The notes below the pieces were generated by a model. It worked only from the letters and a program-made list of their open reading frames with translations. It did not search any database and was not told where the DNA came from. Shown here piece by piece: positions 11,201 to 22,209 of a stretch of 64,000 nucleotides of DNA. Both the position numbers and the translations under genes were made by a program. This DNA comes from Rebecca billardiae RCC1528 (taxonomy: Eukaryota; Protista; Haptophyta). How positions within the stretch are numbered: the stretch's first letter is position 1; each line of letters starts with the position of its first letter. The stretch covers positions 2,604,001 through 2,668,000 of the forward strand of contig OZ251222.1 in NCBI GenBank assembly GCA_965240325.2. Direction: 5' to 3'.

Positions 11201-14159
11201 GCGCAGCGCGCTGGCGCGCGCGCGCGCGCCACGCTCGCGCGGCGACGGCGCCAGCGCGACCAGCGCCGCGCGGCTGAGCGCGGCGCGCGCGGCCGCGCGC
11301 CACCGCGGCAGCGCGGCGCGGCGCGCGCGCGCGCGGCGCGCGCGCGCTGCCGCTGCCGCGGCGCCACGGCGCCGCGCGCTCGACGCGATGCGCGCGAGCG
11401 CCGTGGACGCGCGGCGCGCGCGCGCGTGCGCGTAAGCGCGCGCGAGCAGCGCCGCCGCCGCCGCGCGCGCCGCCCATCGCGCGAGCGCGCGCGCGGGCGC
11501 GCGCGCGCGCGCCGCCGCGCCGCGCCGCGCGCCGGCCGCGCCGCGCGCGGCCGCGGCCGCGGCCGCGCGCCAGCGCGCCAGCCGCGCGGCCGCGGCGTGC
11601 CGGGCGGCGACGGCCGCGGCGGCGCGCGCGGCGCGGCGCGCGCGGCGCACGTCGGCGGCGCGTGCGGACCACACCACTAGCGCCTCGGCGGCCGGCCCGC
11701 CGCGCGCGCGCGCCGCCGCGAGCGCGCGCGCGCGCGCGTGCCGCGCCGCGGCCGCGCGCCACGCGCGCCACGGCGCGCGCCGCGCGCGCCGCGCGCCGTG
11801 CGCGCGCGCGGCGCGCGCGGCGGCGGCGAAGGCGGCGGCAGCCCGCCACGCGCTGAGCGCGCGCGCGAGGCTCGGCTCGGCGGCGCCATCGGCGCGCGAG
11901 CGCGGCGCCGCCCGCCGCCGCGCCCACGCGGCCCACGCGGCGCGCGCGGCGGTGGCGCGCGCCGCGGCCGCGGCGCGCGCGGCCGCGGCCGCGCCGCGCC
12001 GCGCGCGCTCGGCCGCCGCCGCCCAGCGCGCGTGCGCGGCGGCGGCGGCGGCGGCGCGGCGCGCGGCGGCGCGCGCATCGGCGGCGGCGTAGCGCGCGCG
12101 GCGTGCGGCGTGCGCCCGCGCGCGTGCCGCCCACGCGCGCAACGCGCGCGCGCGCGCCGCCGCGCGCGCGCGCGCGGCGCGGCGCGCGGCGGCGCGCGCG
12201 GCCGCCGCGGCGCGCGCGAGCGCGCGCAGCGCGCGGCCGCGCGCGGCCGCGCCGCCGCGCGCGGCGCACGCAGCCGCCGCGGCGTGTGCGCGGCCGAGAA
12301 GGCGCCAGCGCGCGGCGAGCGTGCGCACGGCACGCTCGCGCCAGCGCCTGCGCGCGCGCATGCCGCGCACCTCGGCGCGCGAGCGCGCGCGCGCGGCGCG
12401 GCGCCACGCGCGCACCGCGGCGGCGCGCGCGGCGCGCGCGGCGGCGCGCGGCGCGCGTGCGGCGCGCGCCGCCGCTGCGCACCGCCGCCACGCGTCGCGC
12501 GCCGCGCCGGCGGCGCGCGCGGCGTGGCGCGCGCGCAGCGCGCGCGCCGCACGCGCGCGCGCCGCGTCCAGCGCCGCTGCCGCGCCCGCGCCGCGCCGCC
12601 ACATCGCGAGCGCGCGCGCCGCGCGCCGCGCCGCGCCGGCGGCGCGCGCGGCCGCGGCGGCGCGCGGCGCGGCGCGCGCCGCGCGCGCCGCCCACGCCGC
12701 GCGCGCCGCGTGCAGCCGGCGGCGGGTGAGCGCGCTGCGCGCGGAGGCCTCGCGCGCGCGCGTGCGGCGCGCGCCGAGCGCGGCGCGCCGCCACGCGCGC
12801 ACACACCGCGCGCGCGCCGAGCCGCCGGCCGCGTCGGCGGCGGCGGCGGCGTTGGCGGCGGCGGCCGCGGCCGCGCGCAGCCGAGGCAGGGCGCGCGCCG
12901 CGCCGCGCCGCGCGGCGTGCTCGGTCGCGGCGGCGAGCATGGCGCGGCGCGAGGCCCGGCGGGTCGGAGGCGGCGCGGGGCCCGCGGGGCCGTCGTCGTT
13001 CCCGCCCTCGCCCACCGCGGACCCGCCGCCGCCGCGCGCCCACCGCCGCCACCGCCGCCACGCGCGCGCGCGCGCCGCGCCGCGCGCCGCGCGCGCGGCC
13101 GCGGCCGCGGCCGCCGTGGCGCGCGCCGCCGCCGCCGCGCCGCGCCACGCGCGCACGGCGCCGCGCGCCGAGCGCGCGGCATGCAGCCGGCCGAAGCGCG
13201 CGTGCGCCGCGCGCGCCGCGCGCCGCCGCCTCGCCCGCGCGCGCAGCGCGCGCAGCGCCGCCTCCGCCGCCGCGTCCGCGCGCCGCGCCAGTACACGCGC
13301 ATCCGCCGCGCGCGCGACTCGGTCGTAGCGGCGCGCGGCCGCGCCCGCGCGCCAGCGACGCAGCGCGGCGCTTCGCCGGCGCGCGCGCGCGGCGAGGCCG
13401 GAGGCGGAGGCGGCGGCGAGGCGGGCGAGCGCGCGCAGCGCGCGGCCGAGCAGCAACACGCCCGCGCGCGGCGGCGGCGGCCTCGGCCACGCCCGCGCGC
13501 CGCGCGCCGCCGCGCGCCGGCCCAGCGCGCCGCGCCGCCACGCACGCAGCGCGCGGTAGCGGCGCGCGGCCGCGCCCGTGGCGGCAGCGGCGCGCGCGCG
13601 CGCGCGGTGCTCGGCGCGGCGCTGCGCGGCGTGGCGCAGCGCGCGCACGGCGGCGCGCGAGCGCACCGCGCCGAACGGCACCGCGCCGCGCCGCGCCGCG
13701 CCCGAGCTTCCGCCGCCGCAGCCGCCGCGTGCGCGCAACGCCGCGGCCGCGGCGCGCGCGCGGCGCAGCGCGGCCGCGCGGCGCGCGACGGCGGCGACGG
13801 TGGCGAGGGCGGTGCCGTAGCGCGCGGCGTGGGCGGCGCGCGCGAGCGCGCTCAGCGCGCGCCTCGAGCGCGCGCGCGAGGCGAGGACGCCCGCTGTGGC
13901 CGCGAGCGCGCGCCCCAGCGCCCGCCGCTGCCACCGCCCCACAGCGGCGGCGCGCGCGCGGCGCGCGGCGCGCGCGCGCGCGGCGGCGCTCACGGCCGCG
14001 CGCGCTTGCGCGGCGGCGCGCGCGTGCGCCCGCCACGCCGCGCACACGCCGCCGAGCTGGCGCGACGCGCGCCACGCGCGCGCCATCGCCGCGGCGGTGC
14101 GGCGCTCCGAGAACGCCGCCGACGCGGCCGCCTCGCGCGCGCTCACCGTCGCGCCCGAC

Positions 14160-14191
<32 letters not shown>

Positions 14192-14356
14192 GCCGCCACC
14201 GCCGCCACCGCTGCCCTCGCCCTGCCAGAAATGCCGCCCGGCATGGGCGCCACGGAGCGCGCGCGCGATGGCGAGCGGGCGGAGGGCCAGCGCGCGCTCG
14301 CCCAGCGCAGCGAGCTCGTGTGCGTCGTCCTCGTCTGCGCCGCGCGGCACGTCCAG

Positions 14357-14387
<31 letters not shown>

Positions 14388-15749
14388 TCGCCGCCGCCGC
14401 CGCCGCCGCCGCCGCTGCGGGCGCCGCGCGCGGCGCGCTCGCCGCCGCCGCCGCCGATCCGGCGGTTGAGGCGGCGGAGCACGAGCGCGTCGTCGGCTTC
14501 GTCCGAGCTGGCGTCGCTCCGGCGCCGAGTCTCCATCGCGTGCGCTACACCGCCCGCGCCGCCGGCTGCGCCCAGCGGCGGCGCGGCTGACGGCGGCGGC
14601 GGCGGCGGCGGCGGCGGGTCGCGCGGCGGCGGTGCGTGCGCGGCTGTCGTCTGTACCGCCGTGCTGACGAGGCGGCGGGTGCGTGCGCTCGCGGTGGCGG
14701 AGGCGGCGTCGAGCGCGACGGAGGCCGCCGCCGCCACCGCCTCCGCCGCGGCTGCGGCGTCCTCCGCGGCCGCGGCGCGCGCCTCCACGTCCGCAGCCCG
14801 CGCCTCGGCCGCAGCCGCCACCTCCGCCGCGCGCGCGTCAGCACTCAGGGCGCGCACCGCCTCGCGCCAGCGCGCGAGGCCGCGCGCGCGCGCGAGCGCG
14901 AGGGCGGTGGTGAGCAGCGCGAGCACGCTCGACGCGGCGTGTTCGCGACGCAGCCACCACGCCTGCTTCGCCCGCGCGCGCTCCGCCTCGCGCAGCTCGA
15001 CGCCGAGGCAGCGCACGGCGACGGCGCGCGCGCGCTCGGCCGCGCGCGCCTGCGCCGTCGCCGCGTCAACAGCCTGCAGGGCGTTGGTCATGCCGCGGGT
15101 GGAGGACTTGGAGAGCGAGACGAGGTACTCGACGCGCGCCTCGTCCTCGGGCGTCACCGTCGAGACGCGCGAGACTGCGCTCACGCGCCGCGCGCCGCCG
15201 TTCCCTCCCTCATCGCCCGCGGTCGATGCTGGCGGGCCACACGGCGGGGAGCAGCCGATCGCGCGGGCGCGCGCGCGGCGGCGGTGAGTGAGCGCGCGCG
15301 GCTGCGATGCGCGCGCGCGCAGGCGAGGTGCGTCGTACCTGCGCGCAGCTCGTCGTTCTGCCCCTCGAGCGAGCGGTTCATCTGCGCGCACGCAGGCGGC
15401 GCGCGCGATCGCGGGCGTTGCGCAGGCCGCACCGGCGCTGAGCGGCAGGCGCGCGCCGGCGGGTACGCTGGCGGGGGCTGCGCGGTGCATGGCGTGCGCT
15501 GTACGTGCAGCACTGCCCGTGCACGCGTGGAGCTGCTCCGCCCGGTGCGTACCGCACATCGCCCGCGCGCGCGCCCGCTCTCGCGCGGCCAGCCCCTAGC
15601 CGCCGCCGCCGCCGCCGCCGCCCGGCACGCACCTCGTACATCTGGCGCAGCATGGCGGTCTGCTGCGCGATGATGGCCTCGGCGTCGGCGACCCGGCGCT
15701 CGAGCGTGGCCACGTGCTCCGCGCGCGCATGGGCCCCCGCGCCGAGCAT
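5246..15749 (-). CDS. Giant Ala/Arg-rich Sfi1-like (putative centrin-binding) repeat protein; exons 15749-15633, 15381-15339, 15228-6995, 6838-5246 (~3328 aa)
   Basis: Three GT-AG introns keep the frame (total 9987 nt). The N-terminus is coiled-coil-like (ATLERRVADAEAIIAQQ). Dozens of periodic ALRAWR/ALARWR motifs resemble the Sfi1 consensus A-x7-LL-x3-F/L-x2-W-K/R. Confidence 0.7.
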
Positions 15750-16084
15750 GGGAGGGCGTCGGTGCGGCTGGGCGCGCGCTGCCCCCTTCGTGCCAGCCTC
15801 CCCGTGTGCTCGGCCCCCTCGTTGACGCTCTTCGCCGGCGGCGGCTGGCCAACGGTCTTTTTTTTGAGCCGGGGAAAGTCCGGCGCTGCTGACGAGCCAG
15901 TGGAGTGGGCGAATCTGACGAGCCCAAGCGGGAATCCGACGAAATGGGGCAACGGCGGGTACGGAAACACACGCCTACGACACTGCGGAAACGGCCGGTC
16001 ACCTTCAGCGGCAACGACTTTTTGTCTTTGACCGCGGCACACAGCGGGCGGACGACGGCTGCGCGAGAGAGGGCAAGGCAAGCC

Positions 16085-17950
16085 ATGCGAACACTGCTGC
16101 TCGCGCTCAGCGCGCTCCTGCTGCCCGCCGCGGCGGTGCACCCGTCGTCGTCGCGCTCCCCCCGTGTCGGGCACTCGGCCCCCACGCCACGCGCCGCCGC
16201 GTACCGCGACCCCGACCTCATCCTCGGCACCCCGCTGTACGCCGCCGAGCCGACGACCCACGCCGAGGCGGGCGCCGCGCCCGACGAGGCCGAGCCCGCC
16301 GAGCCCGCGGCGCAGGCGGCGGCGCCGCCGCCGACGGGCGGCCCGGCGGAGTCGGAGATGCAGCACCGCCTCGCCCTCGAGTCGCTCGGCGAGAAGCTCG
16401 CGCGCGCGCAGGACGACCTCGCCCGCCTCACGCGCGACTATGACGAGCTACGCGAGGAGCTGGGCGGCGCGGCCGGCGCCGAGCGCGCGGGCGGCGCGGC
16501 GGGGGCGCACGAGCTCGCGGCCGCGGCGGGCGTGAGCAGCTCGGCGACCGGCCCGATCCGCGGCGTCACCGTCGCGTCCGCCGAGCCCGCGCACGCTGCC
16601 GCGCCCGCGCACGCCGCCGCGCACGCCGACGTGGACCGCGTGCGCACGCCCGTGTGCGTGCGCGTCGTCGGCGTCGGCGGCGGCGGCGGGAACACGGTGA
16701 ACCGGCTGGCGGAGTGCACGAGCAAGTACTCGACCGACACGCTCTCGATGATCGCGGTGAACACCGACTTGCAAGCGCTCGAGCGCTCGCGCGCGCACGA
16801 GGCACTTCTGGTGGGCGCGGAGGGCGAGCGCAAGCACGCGGGCCGCGGCGCCGGCGGCGACCCCGCGATCGGGCGCGAGGCGGCGGAGCACTCGGTGGGC
16901 GCGCTGGCCGAGGCGGTGGCGGGCGCAGACCTCGTCTTCGTCACGGCGGGCATGGGCGGCGGCACCGGCTCGGGCGCCGCGCCCACCGTCGCGCGCGTCG
17001 CGCGCGAGGCGGGTGCGCTCGCTGTTGGCGTCGTCACGCGGCCGTTCGGCTTCGAGGGCTCGCGGCGCTCGGAGCAGGCGGAGGCGGCGATCCAGGCGCT
17101 CGAGGCGGAGACGGACGCGCTGGTGGTGATCTCGAACGACCGGCTGCTCTCGCAGCTCCCGCCCGGCGTCAGCGTCGAGGACGCCTTCACCGCCGCAGAC
17201 GACGTGCTCCGGCAGGCAATCTGCGGCGTCGCTGAGATCGTGCTCGGCACCGGGCTGATCAACGTGGACTTCAACGACCTGCGCGCGGTGATGGAGAGCG
17301 CGGGGCCGAGCCTGGTCGGGATCGGCGAGGCGGAGGGCTCGGCGGCGGAGGCGGCGTGCAAGGCGATCGAGTGCCCGCTCCTCGAGACCGCCGCCTCGGA
17401 CGCCAAGGGCATCGTGTTCAACGTGTGCGGCGGCCACCAGCTCTCGCTGCGCGAGGTGCACGGCGCCGCGGACGCGATCAGCGCCATCGTGCACCCGGAG
17501 GCGAACATCATCTTCGGTGCGCGCGCGGGCGCGGCGCGGGGGCGCGGGGGCGGGCAGCGCCATGCGCCGTGCGCCGTGCGCCGTGCGCGCGCTGAGCACC
17601 CGCGCACCCTCGCTGCACCGCGCCGCGCAGGCGCGTCGATTGACGAGGCGCTGGGCGACAAGGTGGTGGTCACCGTCATCGCCACCGGCATCGGCCACGC
17701 CAAGAAGCCCGACTTGCCGCCGGCGCCGCAGCAGGCGGCGGCGAAGGCGGAGGGCGGCGCGAAGCAGCCCGCGTCGCGCGCGCCCGCGCCGCGCGCAGCC
17801 GGCGGCGCGCGCGCCGAGCGCAGCGGCTCGCTGGTCGGCGCAGCGCGCTCCGTGTTCAAGCGCATGGGCGGCGGCTCGGCGGGCCCGAGCGCGCGCGCGC
17901 GGCTCGGCGCCGGCGCCGAGTGGCGTGACGGCGAGCCGCAGCAGCACTGA
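16085..17950 (+). CDS. ftsZ: Nucleus-encoded FtsZ, probably for plastid division; exons 16085-17516, 17631-17950 (583 aa)
   Basis: Motifs VVGVGGGGGNTVNRL, AVNTDLQAL, GAGGDP, TAGMGGGTGSGAAP (tubulin signature), PFGFEG, NDRLL, GLINVDFNDL (T7 loop), ANIIFG|ASID and VTVIATG. Signal peptide MRTLLLALSALLLPAAA. One 114-nt in-frame GT-AG intron. Confidence 0.95.
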   Translation: MRTLLLALSALLLPAAAVHPSSSRSPRVGHSAPTPRAAAYRDPDLILGTPLYAAEPTTHAEAGAAPDEAEPAEPAAQAAAPPPTGGPAESEMQHRLALESLGEKLARAQDDLARLTRDYDELREELGGAAGAERAGGAAGAHELAAAAGVSSSATGPIRGVTVASAEPAHAAAPAHAAAHADVDRVRTPVCVRVVGVGGGGGNTVNRLAECTSKYSTDTLSMIAVNTDLQALERSRAHEALLVGAEGERKHAGRGAGGDPAIGREAAEHSVGALAEAVAGADLVFVTAGMGGGTGSGAAPTVARVAREAGALAVGVVTRPFGFEGSRRSEQAEAAIQALEAETDALVVISNDRLLSQLPPGVSVEDAFTAADDVLRQAICGVAEIVLGTGLINVDFNDLRAVMESAGPSLVGIGEAEGSAAEAACKAIECPLLETAASDAKGIVFNVCGGHQLSLREVHGAADAISAIVHPEANIIFGARAGAARGRGGGQRHAPCAVRRARAEHPRTLAAPRRAGASIDEALGDKVVVTVIATGIGHAKKPDLPPAPQQAAAKAEGGAKQPASRAPAPRAAGGARAERSGSLVGAARSVFKRMGGGSAGPSARARLGAGAEWRDGEPQQH

Positions 17951-18604
17951 GCGGGGGAGCGAGCAGGCGCCGCCCGCGGGACTCGCCCGCGGGGGCCGCG
18001 AGCCACAGCGCGGGCGCCGCAACCCCCGTTGCCACCTGCAGGGCTCGGCGCGCGCTGGCTAGTGGCTGAGCCGCCACTCACAGACAGACGGCGCGCCGCC
18101 CCGCGCTCTCGGATCAAGTAAGTCACTGCGGCGCCGCAGCCCGGCGGCGCCGAGCATGAGCACTCTCACACACAGCAGTGTCAGTGACTTCGAGTCTAGT
18201 CTCGGACTCTCGGAGCAGTTGCTGTATTATGTCAGCTGTCGTACTACCGTAGCAGTACGGCTAGCAGCTGAGCCCGTGGCCGTGTCGTCCCGGCGTCACC
18301 GTCAGTCGTCACGGACTCACGGACCGTACTTAGTCTACGATTCACACTACTGCGCTTGACGATTGAATCATCAACGCATCAGATGAGTGCCGTCTTGCGC
18401 CGCGTCTGACGCCTCTGAGTGACGAGTGAGTAGTCTGACGGCCCGCGTCTCACAGCCGGCAGTCTCGTCCGCAGTCTGCCAGCCGACAGCCAGCCGCGTT
18501 AGGTCAAGGACAAGGTGAAGGTGGGTAGGACCGTAGGTACTAGGTAGGCCGTAGGTGGGGCCCGGCGGCTGACGGCGCGCGACAGTAGTAGACTGCTTAG
18601 ACAA

Positions 18605-19501
18605 GGCCTGTTTTATTTCTACGAGAGCCCAACGGCGACATTCGCCAAAACGCGGTAAAATGGCGGCGGCTTGCCCGCTGGTGGTGGGTACCGGCGCGAG
18701 TGCGGAGTAGTGATGGCACGTCGTTGGCGCATGTTCGTACTAGGGCGCTGAGCTGTAGCGAAGGGTGTTGCCAAGGCATGCTGCTTAGCCTTGCCATGGT
18801 GCTTCGCCATGACACAGAGGTCACTCGCAGCGCACGGCGGTGTGACGATCGCCGCGCCGCGGCGGCAAACCGAGTTGCGGGCGCGCTGCGAGCTGCAAGC
18901 ACTCTGCCTTGGCTGCGTCGCGCCCATGTCAGTTGGTGAACCAAGACTGTTGAACGACAGATGGACTGCAAACGATACCAGCTCCACTCGCTCCGCCGCC
19001 CCTTCCTTGTCGAGCGTGAGATGTTTCCGTTGCGTGCGCTCGCACTGCAGCCTGCATTTGAACGTGGTCACGGCAGGTTGGTGGGCTGGTTGCTCAGGCC
19101 TCCTCGGCGTGGATGACGGTAAAGTGCGCACCTATGACGCGCGGAAAGGCCGTGCACACGCGTCCTCGCGCATCTGGCAGGCTGCAGTCTTGGCCAAGAT
19201 GATGAGAACAAGCCTGCCAGTGCCTCGCCACGCGGGCGCGAGCGCGCACAGAGATCTGGCTTCTGACCCGTGCTCTTCAGTGTACCTCGTGTGCGACGAC
19301 GACGAGGCGGACGAGCGCCGCAACTGGATTCGTGCACTCACCGGTCACCGAGGAGTGCACGAATCGCATTCCTCACGCACGTGGGGGCCGCCATCGGCCG
19401 TGAGAGGTACACTGAACGGGGCGTGACACCGATTCCCACTGGCGGGCACGGGTTTGTCGCCGTGACATAGTAAATGGAATCTGGTAGAAATAAAACAGGC
19501 C
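18605..19501. mobile_element. Non-autonomous TIR DNA transposon (MITE-like), 897 bp
   Basis: Perfect 18-bp TIRs: GGCCTGTTTTATTTCTAC (18605-18622) and GTAGAAATAAAACAGGCC (19484-19501). The subterminal motif ACGGCGACA occurs at both ends in inverted orientation. 4-bp TSD ACAA at 18601-18604 and 19502-19505. No transposase recognised. Confidence 0.85.
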
Positions 19502-19790
19502 ACAAGCAGTACGGCCCGACTTGATGATGATTGAATAACAGGGTGGTGGTTGGTTGGGGGCTGGCCAGGGTAGGGCTGGAGGCTTCGGCCGCCAGTCTGA
19601 TCACCCGGAGCCCGTTATAAAGGGGAATTTAAAAAGTGAAAACATATTTATTGCTGATATGATTATGCTGAGTTCACATTGCCGCGCGCATCATTGGTGA
19701 TACGCAGACGGACGAGCAGTGCCCGACGAGTGGCGCGGCGCACTCGAGTCACGTCTCCTACGTCTCCTAGTAATTTGACAGAGACTCCGG

Positions 19791-21148
19791 TCATTCGTCG
19801 AGGCGGCGTGGCGCGTCCGCCTGCTGCATCGGCGTCGCGTGTGACGAGCAGCCACCGCCTGCACCGCCACCGCCGCCGCCGCCGCCGCCCGCGAGCGCCT
19901 GCGCGCGCGGCGACGCCGGTCCGCTGCCGTGCGCGCAGCCGTGGCCCGTCCCGCCGGCGCCGCGGTAGTGCGAGCCCGAGACGGGCGGCCGCCAGCCGGG
20001 GGCTGCGCCCGACGCGACCACCTTCACCGAGGTGAGCTCGTGCGCGCCGCCGCCGTTCGGCGCGGGCTCTCCCAGCCGGCGCTTCGCCGCGTTGTCCGCG
20101 AGCGTGTACATCCCCACGCCCACCACCGCCACCCCGATCCCGAGCTGGTTGAGCGCGCTCAGCTGCTTGCTGAACATGAGCGCGCCGCTCACGATGATGC
20201 CCAGCCGGCGCGTGATGTCGACGATCGAGAACGTGAGCGCCGAGACGAGGGTGACGAAGATGAAGTTGAGGCTGTACTCGATGTGGTACGCCACGGCGGT
20301 GAGCACGAGGACGAACGCGCCCCACGGCTGCAGCGCGGTCGCGACGAACGGCGCCGTCGGCGCGCCGCCGCCTGCGGGCGCGGCCGTCAGCAGCGTGAGC
20401 GCGAGCGCCGTGCCAGGCACCATCACCAGAGCGCACGACAGCGCCATCACGGTCTGCGCCTGCGTGCCGCTGAGGCCGGACGAGCGGATGATCGGCTTGG
20501 ACGCCACGTTGAGCAGCGTCTGCGCGAGCGAGCTCGCGATCGCCGCGCCCAGCCCGAGCGCGTTGCACTCCATGTCTGCATACGAGGCGAGCGCGACGCC
20601 GCACACGGTCGGCAGCAGCGACGCGTACACGCCGCCCGTGTACGTGGCGCCCATGAAGAGACGCGTGACGCAGACGGTGAAGAAGGGGATCGCCGACTTG
20701 AGCACGTACGGGAGGACAATGCCGGACGCGCCTGCGCGGCGCGGAGACCGGCGCGTGTGTGTCGCGCGCACACGGCCGTGTGACACGGGTGAGCCATGCG
20801 CGCGAGCACTCGCGGGCGCGCTCGAGCGCGCTCGCGGCGCGGGCGGCCGGCGAACGTACCCATCGCCACGCTATTGAAGAAGTTGGCGCACAACAGCAGC
20901 AGGCTCGGCAGCGCCAGGTGCCGCATCATTGGGCCGAGCTGCTTTGCCGGAACGCGCTGCGAGTCTCGCATCGCGGCATTTGTCACGAGCCCTATCAGAG
21001 CGGAGCCGGCGAAGCGCGCGGCCGTCAGCGCGCTTGGGCTCTGGAAGACGCGCAGGAAGGTGACGGAGCAGTACGTGGACAGCAGGCACGTCGTCGTCCA
21101 CCAGGCCAAGCCAATGACCGCGACGCGGCCGTTGAACGCGGCCACCAT
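19791..21148 (-). CDS. Triose-phosphate/nucleotide-sugar transporter family (DMT superfamily); exons 21148-20860, 20731-19791 (409 aa)
   Basis: Multiple TM helices. TPT-like motifs YVLKSAIPFFTV, YASLLPTVCGVALAS, VSALTFSIVDITRRLGIIVSGALMF and NQLGIGVAVVGVGMY. A GT-AG intron restores the frame. Confidence 0.85.
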
Positions 21149-21294
21149 TACTTCATTAGTTATTTACGAATATATTAATAAATAAGAGTTACCACTACGA
21201 GTCACGAGTGGTCGCGACGAATCGCGATGGCGGCCGCCACGCCCACCGCCTCAGTCACCCCGTCGGGACTGGGCGCAATGGCGGGCCACCAATC

Positions 21295-21955
21295 ATGCTC
21301 CGCGGCGAAGCAGTGCCGTCACCAACAGTTCGATACCGATCTAGTTAGGTGATGACTGATGACTGATGCCAGCCAGTGATGGCGGCCGTCATCTTGCGAC
21401 TGCGCCGTGGGCTGCCCGGAGGCGGATGCGGCTCGGAGCATCCGACCCGGCGCGGTCGCCGTCAGTCACTCCACCGAGGGCCATCTGGACGGCATCATCA
21501 TCGTCAGCATCAGCAGCACCCGCCGCTAGGCGTCACCGAACATGTCAGACTGGGCACCAGTCCTCGGTGACACCGTTCCACACCGGAGCCGCGGGTATAA
21601 GTTTACGGGCTGTTTACGCAGCGACAAATACGCATCTCACAGTCACCCGCACGCACCGGCGGAGGCACGATCTCACTGCTACTACTATCTCCGTATCTCG
21701 GACAGTCCCGAGCCCCAAACCCTGGGCTTGGGGCTGACACCCTCATCCGTCATGTGACATCCGTCCGCTGCCCCTTCGGGCCTCGGGGCGGTCCGCTTTA
21801 ACTCCTTAGCCCCGGCGGCGCCTGATCGCTGACGGTGGACCTATCTATATCCGTTATCGCGGCCTATCGCCCACACGCGCGGTAGGGAGCACCCGGACGC
21901 TTCTTCTTCAGTCTAACAGAACAGTCTCACAGCCACGGACTGCCCAGCGCTTTGC
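21295..21955 (+). repeat. Degenerate direct repeat, left copy (interrupted by the solo LTR)
   Basis: Shares ordered blocks with 24781-25505: atgctccgcggcg..gcag.gccgtca..aacagttcgata, cagtcactccaccgagggccatct, catcgtcagcatcagcagcacccgccgcta..gcgtcaccga and cacagccacgg.ctgccc.gcgc. Confidence 0.75.
21543..21918 (+). mobile_element. Solo LTR (376 bp)
   Basis: TGTCAGACTG...CAGTCTAACA termini (TG..CA, 10-bp imperfect inverted repeat) and 5-bp TSD GAACA at 21538-21542 and 21919-21923. Homologous to the LTR at 44665-44947. The paralogous site near 25470 lacks the insert. Confidence 0.9.
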
Positions 21956-22209
21956 CCGCGGGCCTTTGCCTGCACGGCCTCGCGCGCATGCGCCTTCGAT
22001 TGCGCTCCTCCTTCGCCGCCGCCGCCGCCTCCGCCTCGAGGTCGGCGGGCGAGACGAGCATCCACCGAGCGCGCCCGCGTCGGCGCCGCTCGCCATGAGT
22101 GCGCGCACGCGCTTGCTGAACTCGGCGAGCACCTCGACGATCGGACCTGCAATCTCCTCGCGCGAGAGCACGGCGGCGTCGGCGTCCTCAGCGGCGCGCC
22201 GGGCGGCGG

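Noticed and set aside
6111-15673. Very long plus-strand and alternative-frame ORFs (1143, 1843, 1365, 1837, 950 aa)
   Set aside because: They are shadows of the extremely GC-rich Sfi1-like exon, where stops are rare. They show no motif periodicity or splice logic.
16085-17950. ftsZ as a sign of bacterial sequence or contamination
   Set aside because: It has a signal peptide, a spliceosomal intron and eukaryotic neighbours, with no dcw cluster.
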